Source: Clostridia bacterium
GTDB taxonomy: Bacteria; Bacillota; Clostridia; Christensenellales; CAG-1252
DNA length: 62,164 bases
NCBI GenBank assembly: GCA_017961365.1
Contig: JAGCXI010000068.1
Location: forward strand, 1 to 62,164
Reading direction: 5' to 3'
Part shown: positions 8,550 through 16,759 of the stretch, one piece after another
How the letters are laid out: each line of letters opens with the position of its first letter
How positions within the stretch are numbered: position 1 is the stretch's first letter
Program-made: the position numbers and the translations under genes
Notes under the pieces: generated by a model
Told to the model about the DNA's origin: nothing
Database searches by the model: none
What the model saw: only the letters and a program-made list of their open reading frames with translations

Positions 8550-9140
8550 ATGGAGTTATCACAAGCAAACGATTATGCGAGAAAAATGATGAATTGCCGG
8601 TGGGTAAAATGGGTTCACCCGGGATCGCCGACGGCGGAAACTGCGGCAGAGAAAAGGAGAAATGCGGACAATGCGCTTTTGGACAAAAGGCATTGCGCGG
8701 ATTGCCTGAATATGAACGGGTGCTGCTTTGTAAAAGGAAATAGCCCCGAAAATCCTTTGCACGAACATTGCCATTGCCATTATGAAGACGTCGGGATCAT
8801 TGACGTTCAAGCAAAAAGCGTGATAGAAAAATATACAAAATATATTTTTGACGATGAAAAGAATAAAGGTAAAAAAATGATGTTTGAAGCTTGGGGTTTT
8901 TCTATCCTCGATTCCGAATATTTGAAAGAGGAAATCGAAAGACAAGCACAAATCGCATTTCAATGCGGGGAGTACATCCTCGGAAAAAGAAATGATTTTG
9001 GACAAAGGCTCAACATTGTGATACACTTAGTACGAAGAGATACCGGAGAAGAAATAACGTTTGTTGCGGGGTGGATGAGTTATCCGGATGGGAGAATAGA
9101 CTCATTACGCCATATGGAGATGAAAAATGAAAGATCTTGA
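8550..9140 (+). CDS. Fusion-like protein: phage gp7/Mu-F-type Cys/His segment plus a DUF6883-like C-terminal domain (toxin-like)
   Basis: GAGGAGGAGG RBS. The segment CADCLNMNGCCF...PENPLHEHCHCHYE resembles the C-terminal metal-binding part of SPP1 gp7/Mu F head-morphogenesis domains. The rest resembles DUF6883 from memory. The 3-prime end may be frameshifted (see findings). Confidence 0.5.
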   Translation: MELSQANDYARKMMNCRWVKWVHPGSPTAETAAEKRRNADNALLDKRHCADCLNMNGCCFVKGNSPENPLHEHCHCHYEDVGIIDVQAKSVIEKYTKYIFDDEKNKGKKMMFEAWGFSILDSEYLKEEIERQAQIAFQCGEYILGKRNDFGQRLNIVIHLVRRDTGEEITFVAGWMSYPDGRIDSLRHMEMKNERS

Positions 9141-9357
9141 TAGAGTAGAACTTATAAAGGATAGAGCTCAATATTTGAAAGAGGGCATAAAAGCCGGCGC
9201 AAGGGGAACGATCATGATGGGTGAAGAGCGAAACGGATATGTCTTAGTCTTCTTTGACGGAGATTGGTATAAAAATAAATATGGTTTTATGCTGATGCAC
9301 GAGATTGACGTTGCGGTTAGAGTAGAAGACTTAAAAGTAATCGAGGGCGAGGAATAA
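9127..9357 (+). CDS. DUF4926-like small protein (putative antitoxin/immunity partner)
   Basis: 76 aa. ...LKEGIKAGARGTIMM...GYVLVFFDGD... matches the DUF4926 pattern from memory. The start overlaps the upstream gene. Confidence 0.55.
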   Translation: MKDLDRVELIKDRAQYLKEGIKAGARGTIMMGEERNGYVLVFFDGDWYKNKYGFMLMHEIDVAVRVEDLKVIEGEE

Positions 9358-9409
9358 AACTTTACGGGATAATAAAAACATTTGCGAAGTTTATTTGTAT
9401 AAAAGCGAC

Positions 9410-9443
9410 GAGGCAGAGATTTTTTACTTCTCTGCCTCTTTTC
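9410..9443 (+). terminator. Terminator after the DUF4926-like gene
   Basis: GAGGCAGAGA...TCTCTGCCTC 10-bp stem followed by TTTT. Confidence 0.75.
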
Positions 9444-9508
9444 GTAACGTCAGCACAAATGCGAAGCAACCTTTGATAAAAGCAAAGGTGTTCGTTTTAT
9501 TAACGTTT

Positions 9509-9688
9509 GGGTCACCAAGAGCGAAGACGGTTTGTGTGATAAGCACAAGCCGTTTTTATTTATGTCTGTTTGAAAGGGATTCGAATAGGGAGCCGCGAGG
9601 AACGAGCGCTTTGCAAAGCAAAGTGAAAAGGCTATAATGCCTTTTCAGCGGGTAGGCGGAACAGACGGGGAATCGGAAGGGGTCACCA
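9509..9688 (+). repeat. Repeat unit B: diverged copy of unit A (starts GGGTCACCA, ends GAATCGGAAGGGGTCACCA)
   Basis: Collinear with 4886-5067, including the terminator hairpin and the GAAAGGGATTCGAATAGGGAGCCGCGAGGAACGAGCGCTTTGC core. Confidence 0.85.
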
Positions 9689-9748
9689 AAAAATCTCGGC
9701 TTTTTGTCCGAGTTATTTTGTATCCAAACCGAAGCGAAGCAAGGTTTG

Positions 9749-9848
9749 GTATATCATCAAGGGCTTGCCCCTTGTATATCATCTCCCACAGCCGTGCATA
9801 AAAATGCTTCAGTTTGATGATATGCAATGCTTTGCATTGATGATATAC
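9749..9848. repeat. Four copies of a 10-mer: GTATATCATC x2 direct, then its reverse complement x2. Each pair flanks a short hairpin.
   Basis: Copies at 9749-9758, 9774-9783, 9816-9825 (1 mismatch) and 9839-9848. Located upstream of the vat promoter. Confidence 0.85.
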
Positions 9849-9876
9849 ACGCATCCGCGTGATAAGTATTTGCGGA

Positions 9877-9905
9877 TTGAAAAGACAAGTTGATCGTAGT
9901 ATAAT
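9877..9905 (+). promoter_or_regulatory. Sigma-70-type promoter of vat
   Basis: TTGAAA (9877-9882), 17-nt spacer, TATAAT (9900-9905). Confidence 0.6.
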
Positions 9906-9926
9906 AAGAAAAAAGGCGGTGACAAT

Positions 9927-10556
9927 ATGGGACCCAATCCAAAGGTTATTTTTCCCAATCCGAACATTCCGAGCTTGTGCTACATTAAAAACGTCGTGAA
10001 AAATCCCAACATCATCGTGGGAGACTACACCTATTACGACGACAAGGATGGCGCTGCAGATTTTGAGAGTCACGTGACGCACCATTATGACTTTATCGGT
10101 GACAAACTTATCATTGGCAAATTCTGTGCGATAGCGAAGGGCGTCGAGTTCATCATGAACGGCGCAAACCATCGAATGGACTCCGTGACGACCTATCCCT
10201 TCTTTATTATGGGGCATGGGTGGGAAAAGTCCGCGCCAAAGAATGAGGAATTGCCCTTAAAGGGAGATACCGTGATCGGAAACGACGTTTGGATCGGACA
10301 AAACGTGACCATTCTCCCCGGCGTGCACGTCGGTGACGGAGCGATTATCGGCGCAAATTCCGTTGTATCAAAAGACGTGCCTCCCTATGCCGTGGTCGGT
10401 GGCAACCCGATCAAGCTCATTCGCAAGCGTTTCGACGACGAGACCATCGCCTTTCTGCTTGATCTCAAATGGTGGGACTGGCCCGCCGAAAAGATCTTCG
10501 CGAACCTCGACGCATTGACAAGCGGCGATTTGTCCAAGATGAAAGCCATCCAATAG
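9927..10556 (+). CDS. vat: Vat-family streptogramin A O-acetyltransferase (xenobiotic acyltransferase, hexapeptide repeat)
   Basis: MGPNP...GDYTYYD...HHY...DKL.IGKFC.I..GV.FIMNGANHRMD..TTYPF...GW......LP.KGDT.IGNDVWIG.NV.I.PGV.VGDGAI...NSVV.KDV.PY...GGNP...I.KRFD...I..LL...WW.W is collinear with VatD/SatA as I remember it. Confidence 0.85.
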   Translation: MGPNPKVIFPNPNIPSLCYIKNVVKNPNIIVGDYTYYDDKDGAADFESHVTHHYDFIGDKLIIGKFCAIAKGVEFIMNGANHRMDSVTTYPFFIMGHGWEKSAPKNEELPLKGDTVIGNDVWIGQNVTILPGVHVGDGAIIGANSVVSKDVPPYAVVGGNPIKLIRKRFDDETIAFLLDLKWWDWPAEKIFANLDALTSGDLSKMKAIQ

Positions 10557-10595
10557 CCGTTACCGGCATATTTTTGAAAATATAGAAAGAAGAAG

Positions 10596-10817
10596 ATGAA
10601 AAAGAAAGGATTCAAAATGTTCGATCCGGTAGAGTTGATCGTGGAAGACGAAAGATATTTCGGGATGCATAAAGGCGCCAGAGGAAATATCGTGGAATTT
10701 TACGGGGATCTGGCTGCCGAAGTGGATTTTCACGGAATCGATGAGAACGGAAACGAATATTGGGATTGTTTCTCGGTCTACTTAAAAGATTTGAAACCGA
10801 TCAAACTGCGTGATTAA
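10596..10817 (+). CDS. Second DUF4926-like small protein (orphan)
   Basis: ...FDPVELIVEDERYFGMHKGARGNIVEFYGDLAAEVDF... has the same pattern as 9127..9357. The alternative ATG at 10617 is equally plausible. Confidence 0.5.
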   Translation: MKKKGFKMFDPVELIVEDERYFGMHKGARGNIVEFYGDLAAEVDFHGIDENGNEYWDCFSVYLKDLKPIKLRD

Positions 10818-11017
10818 AAGCTTTTTCTTCCCACCAAACAATCAATATCGACGTCAAAGTAGTCCGCAAGAAGCCAAAGGGAGCGAATGTAGGGCTCTTT
10901 TCCCCCGAGAAGCCAAGCGCTGATTGTATTTTGCCTGACGCCGATCTTTTCTCCGAGTCTGCTTTGATTCAGCCCTTCCGTCCGCATAAGTTCGCGGAAT
11001 CTGTCAATGAGAAGCAT
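10814..11017 (-). CDS. XRE-family helix-turn-helix regulator
   Basis: ...RELMRTEGLNQSRLGEKIGVRQNTISAWLLGGKEP..RSLWLLADYFDVDIDCLVGR is a classic HTH_3 pattern. The first ATG is at 11017. The ORF-track start at 11044 is TTG. Confidence 0.7.
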   Translation of the reverse strand: MLLIDRFRELMRTEGLNQSRLGEKIGVRQNTISAWLLGGKEPYIRSLWLLADYFDVDIDCLVGRKSF

Positions 11018-11163
11018 CTCTATGAGATGTCGCCTCCTTGGCAAAAGAACTGCGATGAAATCGCTTGCTCCTCCGAGGTTTTTATAGTATACTGTCTAAG
11101 AAATTTCCGAAATAAAACTACGTTTTAGTCGCTTGCCGAAATGGCGCGCGAAGGGAGCTTGGG

Positions 11164-12855
11164 ATGAAACTGAACAACGTTTGGGGATACGGACAATTAT
11201 TTGCTTTTTCGGGCTTGGACGGCTTGACGCGTTATTACGACGATTTCGTCGCCACGCTGCGCTGGAAGAAGGGCGAGCTCCGCTTTGAGCTCAAGGAATG
11301 GGTCAAGGTCAGCTTCCCCCTTTCGGGCAGAGTCCGCTTTCGCGCCATCACGGGCGATATGATAGACGCGGAGACGGAGAAGGGCGAATTTTTCCTGACC
11401 TTCGCCGGCGAAGACGCATTGGTCGGCTACGTGCCGGAGCTTCCCTCCTTCAAGGGAGAAAAAGGGCTGAAAAAGCTGAAGTCTTGGGACGTCGACGTTT
11501 ATTGCACGACCTATGACCGCATCGGCGTCGCCTGGGAGAAAACGGATCGGGGCTATAAGATCGCCATTTATCACGCCTTCTCCATCGAGGGCGCGCGCGC
11601 AGGGGTGAATGAAACGCTGAGAACGGCGGATCTCGACGCGCTCAAAGCCGCGCGTTACGCTTATTTCGAGGGGCTTCCCAAGTGTAAAGATCGCAAATAC
11701 GAGCAGCTTTATTACAAGGCGCTCTCCGTGAATAAAGTCAACGTGCATTCTCCCCAAGGGACCATCCCTTGCCGCTGGACGACGCCAAACCGCGTGCCGC
11801 ATCGCCATATGTGGCTTTGGGACAGCGTGTTCCACGCGCTCGCAATGGTGAATTATAATCCCGAAATGGCGAAGGACGCTTTGCGCGCCGTGCTCGAGCA
11901 GGCGCATCCGGACGGCTTTATGCCACATATGATGTCGCCCTTTCAATGCTCGGACGTGACGCAGCCGCAAGTCCTTGCCTGGGGCGTCTGGATCGTCTAT
12001 AAGAAGACGGGGGACCGCGCTTTCCTCGCGCAATATACGGACGTCCTCGAAAAATATTTGACCTGGGATATGGAGCATCGCGACGCAAACGGGAATGGGC
12101 TCCTCGAATGGCTGACCGAGCCGGATCAGCCGAACTGCAAATGCGGCGAATCGGGGCTGGACAATAGCCCGCGCTTCGATTTCGATTACGAAATGGACGC
12201 CATCGATTTCTCCGCCTTCGCCGTGCACGACGCGCATTATCTTTCTCTGATCTTTGCGGAGCTCGGAGACGCGGAACGCGCGAAGAAATGGCAACTTACG
12301 GCGGACAGGATCAAAGACAGGATCAATGCCGAACTCTGGGACGAAGAGACGGGGACGTATTATGACAAATTGTTCTCGGGCGAATTGACCCGCGTGCTCT
12401 CTCCCCTCAGTTTCTTCCCGCTTTTCTGCGGCATTCCTTCGGCGGAACAGGCGAAGAGAATGGTCAAACTGCTGACCGATAAAACCAAGCTTTGGACGCC
12501 CGTCCCGCTCGCTTCCATCTCGCAAGATCATCCCGCATTCTCCACGGATATGTGGCGCGGCGGCGTATGGCTGAACCTGAATTATTTCATCATCAAGGGG
12601 CTTCAAGATTACGGCTATGACGCGATCGCGGAAGAGCTCCGAGTGAAGACCCTCGAGACCGTCAAAAAATGGTATAAGAAGACGGGCACAATCTTCGAAT
12701 TTTACGATCCGCTGGATCAGACCATCCCTTATCGCTGCGAGCGCAAAGGCAAGCAGCCCCGCGTGCCCGACTGGCGTAAGCAATGGCATTCCATCGTGGA
12801 TTTTAACTGGTCATCCTGCTTTACCTTGCTTTTTATCCTGAAGGAATTCTATTGA
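11164..12855 (+). CDS. (alpha/alpha)6-barrel glycoside hydrolase, GH63/MGH1-like (trehalase superfamily)
   Basis: 563 aa. GQLFAFSGLDG..., HMWLWDSVFHALAM, PDGFMPHM and GESGLDNSPRFD are motifs typical of GH63-like/mannosylglycerate hydrolase-type enzymes. Confidence 0.6.
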   Translation: MKLNNVWGYGQLFAFSGLDGLTRYYDDFVATLRWKKGELRFELKEWVKVSFPLSGRVRFRAITGDMIDAETEKGEFFLTFAGEDALVGYVPELPSFKGEKGLKKLKSWDVDVYCTTYDRIGVAWEKTDRGYKIAIYHAFSIEGARAGVNETLRTADLDALKAARYAYFEGLPKCKDRKYEQLYYKALSVNKVNVHSPQGTIPCRWTTPNRVPHRHMWLWDSVFHALAMVNYNPEMAKDALRAVLEQAHPDGFMPHMMSPFQCSDVTQPQVLAWGVWIVYKKTGDRAFLAQYTDVLEKYLTWDMEHRDANGNGLLEWLTEPDQPNCKCGESGLDNSPRFDFDYEMDAIDFSAFAVHDAHYLSLIFAELGDAERAKKWQLTADRIKDRINAELWDEETGTYYDKLFSGELTRVLSPLSFFPLFCGIPSAEQAKRMVKLLTDKTKLWTPVPLASISQDHPAFSTDMWRGGVWLNLNYFIIKGLQDYGYDAIAEELRVKTLETVKKWYKKTGTIFEFYDPLDQTIPYRCERKGKQPRVPDWRKQWHSIVDFNWSSCFTLLFILKEFY

Positions 12856-12942
12856 TCCGGAAGTGGTCGAAAAGCGGATCTTTCGCAAACGGTCAAGGGA
12901 CTGCGCGCCTTCGTGACGGGCGCCGATGCCAAAGGAGAAACC

Positions 12943-13497
12943 ATGAAAAAGAAAGTAGCGTTGCTCGGAGATTCCATTCGGCTTTTCGGATACGGTAAGG
13001 TCGTGCCCTCTCTCTTGAAGGGCAAAGCCACGGTTTTTCAGCCCAAAACAAACTGCAAGTTTTCCAAGAATTTGATGCGCATGATCTTCGATCTCCAAGC
13101 AGACCTTAAAGACTGCGCCGTCATCCATTTTAATTGCGGTCTTTGGGACGTGGCGAAGATCGTCGGCGACGGCAAGCCCTTTTCTTCCGATGAGGAGTAC
13201 AAGCAGAACGTCCTTCGCATCGCCGCGATGTTGCTGAAGATCACGCCCAACGTGATCTTTGCCACGACGACGCCTGTCAAGCCCGAGCATCCGCATAATG
13301 AAAACGAGGATATCCGCCGCTTCAATGCGCTTGTGGTGCCGGAGCTCAAGACAATGGGCATCGAAATAAACGATCTCCATTCCTTGGTGGCGGAAGACAT
13401 TGAGGGCAATATCTGCGAGGACTATATCCACCTGACCAAGCTCGGCGCCGAGCGTTGCGGAAAGCAAGTCGCCGCCGCCATCGAGGCAAAGCTCTGA
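12943..13497 (+). CDS. SGNH/GDSL hydrolase family esterase
   Basis: ATG at 12943 after AAAGGAGAAACC. MKKKVALLGDSIR (GDS block I) and C-terminal DYIHLT (block V DxxH). Confidence 0.7.
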   Translation: MKKKVALLGDSIRLFGYGKVVPSLLKGKATVFQPKTNCKFSKNLMRMIFDLQADLKDCAVIHFNCGLWDVAKIVGDGKPFSSDEEYKQNVLRIAAMLLKITPNVIFATTTPVKPEHPHNENEDIRRFNALVVPELKTMGIEINDLHSLVAEDIEGNICEDYIHLTKLGAERCGKQVAAAIEAKL

Positions 13498-13550
13498 ATG
13501 GGAAGTCTTGAACCAATCATCGCATTGCGTAGCCTTTGAGCAAAAATGCA

Positions 13551-13590
13551 AAAAAAACGACTTGCGCCGAAAGCGCAAGCCGTTTTTTTT
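13551..13590. terminator. Bidirectional terminator between convergent genes
   Basis: A-run, CGACTTGCGC-CGAAA-GCGCAAGCCG, T-run. Confidence 0.75.
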
Positions 13591-13627
13591 GTTTCGCAAG
13601 AGCGAATTTTGAGAAAAGGAGATTGCT

Positions 13628-16516
13628 TTATTGTTTCACGAGTTCGAGATCTCCGAGGGTGACATTGTCATTCTCCCCGCCGACGTAGTCCGTGAAGTTA
13701 AAGGCGATGCGGGTCACGTTTCTGCCGTCATAGGCGGCGCCGCTCGCCGTGAAGGAGGAGAGAGGGATCTCGAAATATCCTTCTTTCTTGGAGATGCGGT
13801 TCAGATCGTAGCTGAAATTCTTCTCGCCGCATTGCAGCTGGACGATGACGCCGCTGCCCTTATATTCATTGAGATCCATATAGAATTTCAGCGCGTCGTA
13901 GCCTGCGGTGATCCCTTGCTCGAGGTTCACGATGCAATACAGCCAGTCGCCCTTCTTGGACACATTGATCTTCATGCCTCTTTCGTCCTTGGAGAGCTTG
14001 AGATCCGTGTGCACCACCATATTCTTTCGGACGAAGTCTTGCAGGTCGGCGTCGCTTGCGAATGCGAAAGATTGGATGGTGCGGCTCTCCACGCCGTCCA
14101 GCCGAATGCCGCTATTCGAGGCGACGGTCTCGCCGAGCTCATTCAGGGCGATGACTTTCGCATAATAGGTCGTGCCCGCCGCGCAGAGCGAGGCGTCGAA
14201 GGAGACTTGCATAAGGTCCGTGGTCTTCTCGAAGACGGGGGAGGAGAATGCCGTTCCGTCCGCGGAGACGATGACGCGATAAGACTCGGCGAAAGCTGCT
14301 TGTCCGTACTTGACAAGGCATTCATGACCGTCGTTTCTCGCCTCGGTGATCGTGAAAGCGGTGGGCGCCGTCCTTTGGACCTCCACGAACGCAAAGCCGA
14401 GCACCGTGACGGTGGCGGAATGCTCCGCGCGAATGGTCACTTCCACGTCCATGATCTTTTGATAGTCGATGATCCCGTCTTGGCGGTTATAGACACAGGC
14501 GAGGTCAAGGGTGGAGACCGTAAAGTCCCGTTTGCCCGTGAAGTCGTCCGTGATCTCATACGCCCAGATCTCGCCCGCGCCCTCCACGATGCGGAAGAGG
14601 ACTTTCGCGCCGGAATTCGTGCCGATGAGGCTGAAGCGGACGCCCCATTCTTGATATCCGATGGCGGCGTATTTGTCCAAGATCAGGGAGCCGAAGTCTT
14701 TGCCGTCGTCTGCCTTGGTGATGCGGAGACCCGTTTCGCCGTTTTCGGTGACGACCGTATGCTCCATCGAAGAGCCGTCGGGATGCAGACGATAATTCGC
14801 GTCTTCGGAATAATCCAAGAGGTCGATATTGCGATTGTATTTATCCGTGCGGAAGGGGCTCATCAGGAAGCCGTCTTTATTATAGAGATTCAGGAAGGGG
14901 CTCTTCGAGAATCCGTATTTGATATAGACGGGTGAAGGGACTTTTTCGGAGGTGACGACGATCTTGCCGTCTTCGATGACCGCCGATGCCGCGTAATATT
15001 TGCCGTCCGCGCCCGCGAGAAGGAAGCCGCGGATCTCTTCTCCGTTTGAGGTGAGCCCTTCGCCGTTCTTTACGGAGATGATCGCGCGGGCGCCCTCCGT
15101 CGTATGTGAGAGATAGGTGGGGCTTTGGGGGAGATACGCTGCGCCGTAATGGGTGGAGAGGATGGATTTCGAGAGCCTCTCGGCGATATAACGCTTATGG
15201 ACGGGATGGATGTCATTCGGGTCGCCGTCGTCGCAGGTGGCGATGAGATAAGCATTCGCGTCCTCTTCGCAAGAGAGGTATTGCGATTCGCGCACGTAAG
15301 AGAAATCGTAATTATTGCCGCTGTCGCCGTCGAAGACGGGAAGCTGGACGACATAGAAGGGGAGATCCGCCTTGCGGAAGAGCGCGCGCCAATTCGCTTT
15401 GAGGGCGTTCAGCAAGTCTTTATAAGCGATGCCGCCCGCGGAATTATTGCAGCCTTGATACCAGACTACGCCGCAGAACTCGGCGTTGCGCAGGGGATGG
15501 ATCTTCGCATTGTAATGGACGTTTTTGTAGGAGATGGAGCCGTCGTAATAGTCCTTTCCGATCCAAGAGGCGATATTCGTATTGCCCTTGGTGGCGCAGA
15601 CGATGCCGACGGGCACCTTGCTCTCCGCGAGCGCCTCCCCGAGCATCGAGCCGAGCATAAAGGAGATGGCGGAGAATGACTTATACGTCTCGTCTCCGTC
15701 CGACATCTTGAACCATTCGCCGCCCTTGATCGCGTCCAGCGGCGTGGAGGAAGTATTCTCGAGGTCCATTTTGAAATAACGAACATCATGTGCCGCTGCT
15801 GTCGCGATATCCTCCTCTCGGCAGTCGGACTGCAAGACGGTGCGCTGGATATTGGACTGACCGCTGACCAAATAAACGTCGCCGACGAGCACGTCGCGGA
15901 GCACGAGTTTCTTTTCTTTCAAGAGGCGGAATTCCATGTCGGACGGGGTGGCATTCGCCTCCATCGCGGGCAGGGTGAAGGAGAAAGCGCCCGTTTCGTC
16001 CGAGACGGCGTAGCGCAGAGCGCCGAGGAAGTCCAGCGTGATGAGCGTATGCTCCCGCGCCGTTCCTTTGAGGGTGATCTCGCGCCCTCTTTGGATCACC
16101 ATATGGGACTTATAAGGCTCGCAGAGCGAGAGGCTCGACGCCGTGAGGCGGGGCGTGCCCGTGCCATCGAGGGTCTTGAAGGCGGCGGACATCTCTTTCC
16201 CGCTCGTGACGCCGCGGATGACGGCGGTGTATTTCGTGCCGTAGTCGAGGCATTTCGTGAGTTCGAAATGCGTGCTCTGCGTCTCCTCTTCGAGGATCAC
16301 CTTGTCTTCTCCGTCCTTGATGAGGAAGGAGAAGGAGGCGTCCCCCTTTTCGTTCGTCCAGTCAAAGACGGGATTCACCGTCGTCTTGTCGCCCACCCGA
16401 CCGTGGATCGTGATGGCGTCATTTTCCATAGTCGCCTCCTTTTTCTTGCAGCCGCCGACCGCGAGAAGACAGACGGCGAGGAAAGACAATAATAAAATCG
16501 AAAGGATCTTTTTCAT
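13628..16516 (-). CDS. Large secreted lipoprotein with a sialate O-acetylesterase (SASA/DUF303)-type domain and carbohydrate-binding-like modules
   Basis: Lipobox signal MKKILSILLLSFLAVCLLAVGGC. VYLVSGQSNIQ (the GQSN catalytic block of the SASA family). 962 aa. Confidence 0.7.
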   Translation of the reverse strand: MKKILSILLLSFLAVCLLAVGGCKKKEATMENDAITIHGRVGDKTTVNPVFDWTNEKGDASFSFLIKDGEDKVILEEETQSTHFELTKCLDYGTKYTAVIRGVTSGKEMSAAFKTLDGTGTPRLTASSLSLCEPYKSHMVIQRGREITLKGTAREHTLITLDFLGALRYAVSDETGAFSFTLPAMEANATPSDMEFRLLKEKKLVLRDVLVGDVYLVSGQSNIQRTVLQSDCREEDIATAAAHDVRYFKMDLENTSSTPLDAIKGGEWFKMSDGDETYKSFSAISFMLGSMLGEALAESKVPVGIVCATKGNTNIASWIGKDYYDGSISYKNVHYNAKIHPLRNAEFCGVVWYQGCNNSAGGIAYKDLLNALKANWRALFRKADLPFYVVQLPVFDGDSGNNYDFSYVRESQYLSCEEDANAYLIATCDDGDPNDIHPVHKRYIAERLSKSILSTHYGAAYLPQSPTYLSHTTEGARAIISVKNGEGLTSNGEEIRGFLLAGADGKYYAASAVIEDGKIVVTSEKVPSPVYIKYGFSKSPFLNLYNKDGFLMSPFRTDKYNRNIDLLDYSEDANYRLHPDGSSMEHTVVTENGETGLRITKADDGKDFGSLILDKYAAIGYQEWGVRFSLIGTNSGAKVLFRIVEGAGEIWAYEITDDFTGKRDFTVSTLDLACVYNRQDGIIDYQKIMDVEVTIRAEHSATVTVLGFAFVEVQRTAPTAFTITEARNDGHECLVKYGQAAFAESYRVIVSADGTAFSSPVFEKTTDLMQVSFDASLCAAGTTYYAKVIALNELGETVASNSGIRLDGVESRTIQSFAFASDADLQDFVRKNMVVHTDLKLSKDERGMKINVSKKGDWLYCIVNLEQGITAGYDALKFYMDLNEYKGSGVIVQLQCGEKNFSYDLNRISKKEGYFEIPLSSFTASGAAYDGRNVTRIAFNFTDYVGGENDNVTLGDLELVKQ

Positions 16517-16759
16517 AATGCACCTCGTAAGAAGCCCGCAGCCCCTTTCGCCAAGAGACGAAAAGCCGCGCGCAATGTCGGTTATCTATACTATACACTC
16601 TTTTTGCGGGGATTTCAAGAAGGGCGAACGGATTTCGGCGAAAAGCTGCCGAGATCACCCGAAAGGGTTGAAAGAAAAGAGAAGAAAGGGTATAATGGAT
16701 CTCGGAGCGCCTTATGGCGCAAAAAAGATAAAGTTTGCCAAAAGGCAAAGGAGACGGAA

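Noticed and set aside
11197-12789. 530-aa ORF on the minus strand, fully antisense to the GH63-like hydrolase gene
   Set aside because: No RBS. The Arg/Gly/Leu-rich, low-complexity translation is typical of shadow ORFs in GC-rich DNA. The plus-strand gene has recognisable enzyme motifs.
13631-16492. Plus-strand ORFs (13631..14935, 15125..15679, 15788..16492) antisense to the esterase lipoprotein gene
   Set aside because: Shadow ORFs of a GC-rich gene. The minus-strand product has a lipobox signal and the GQSN esterase block.
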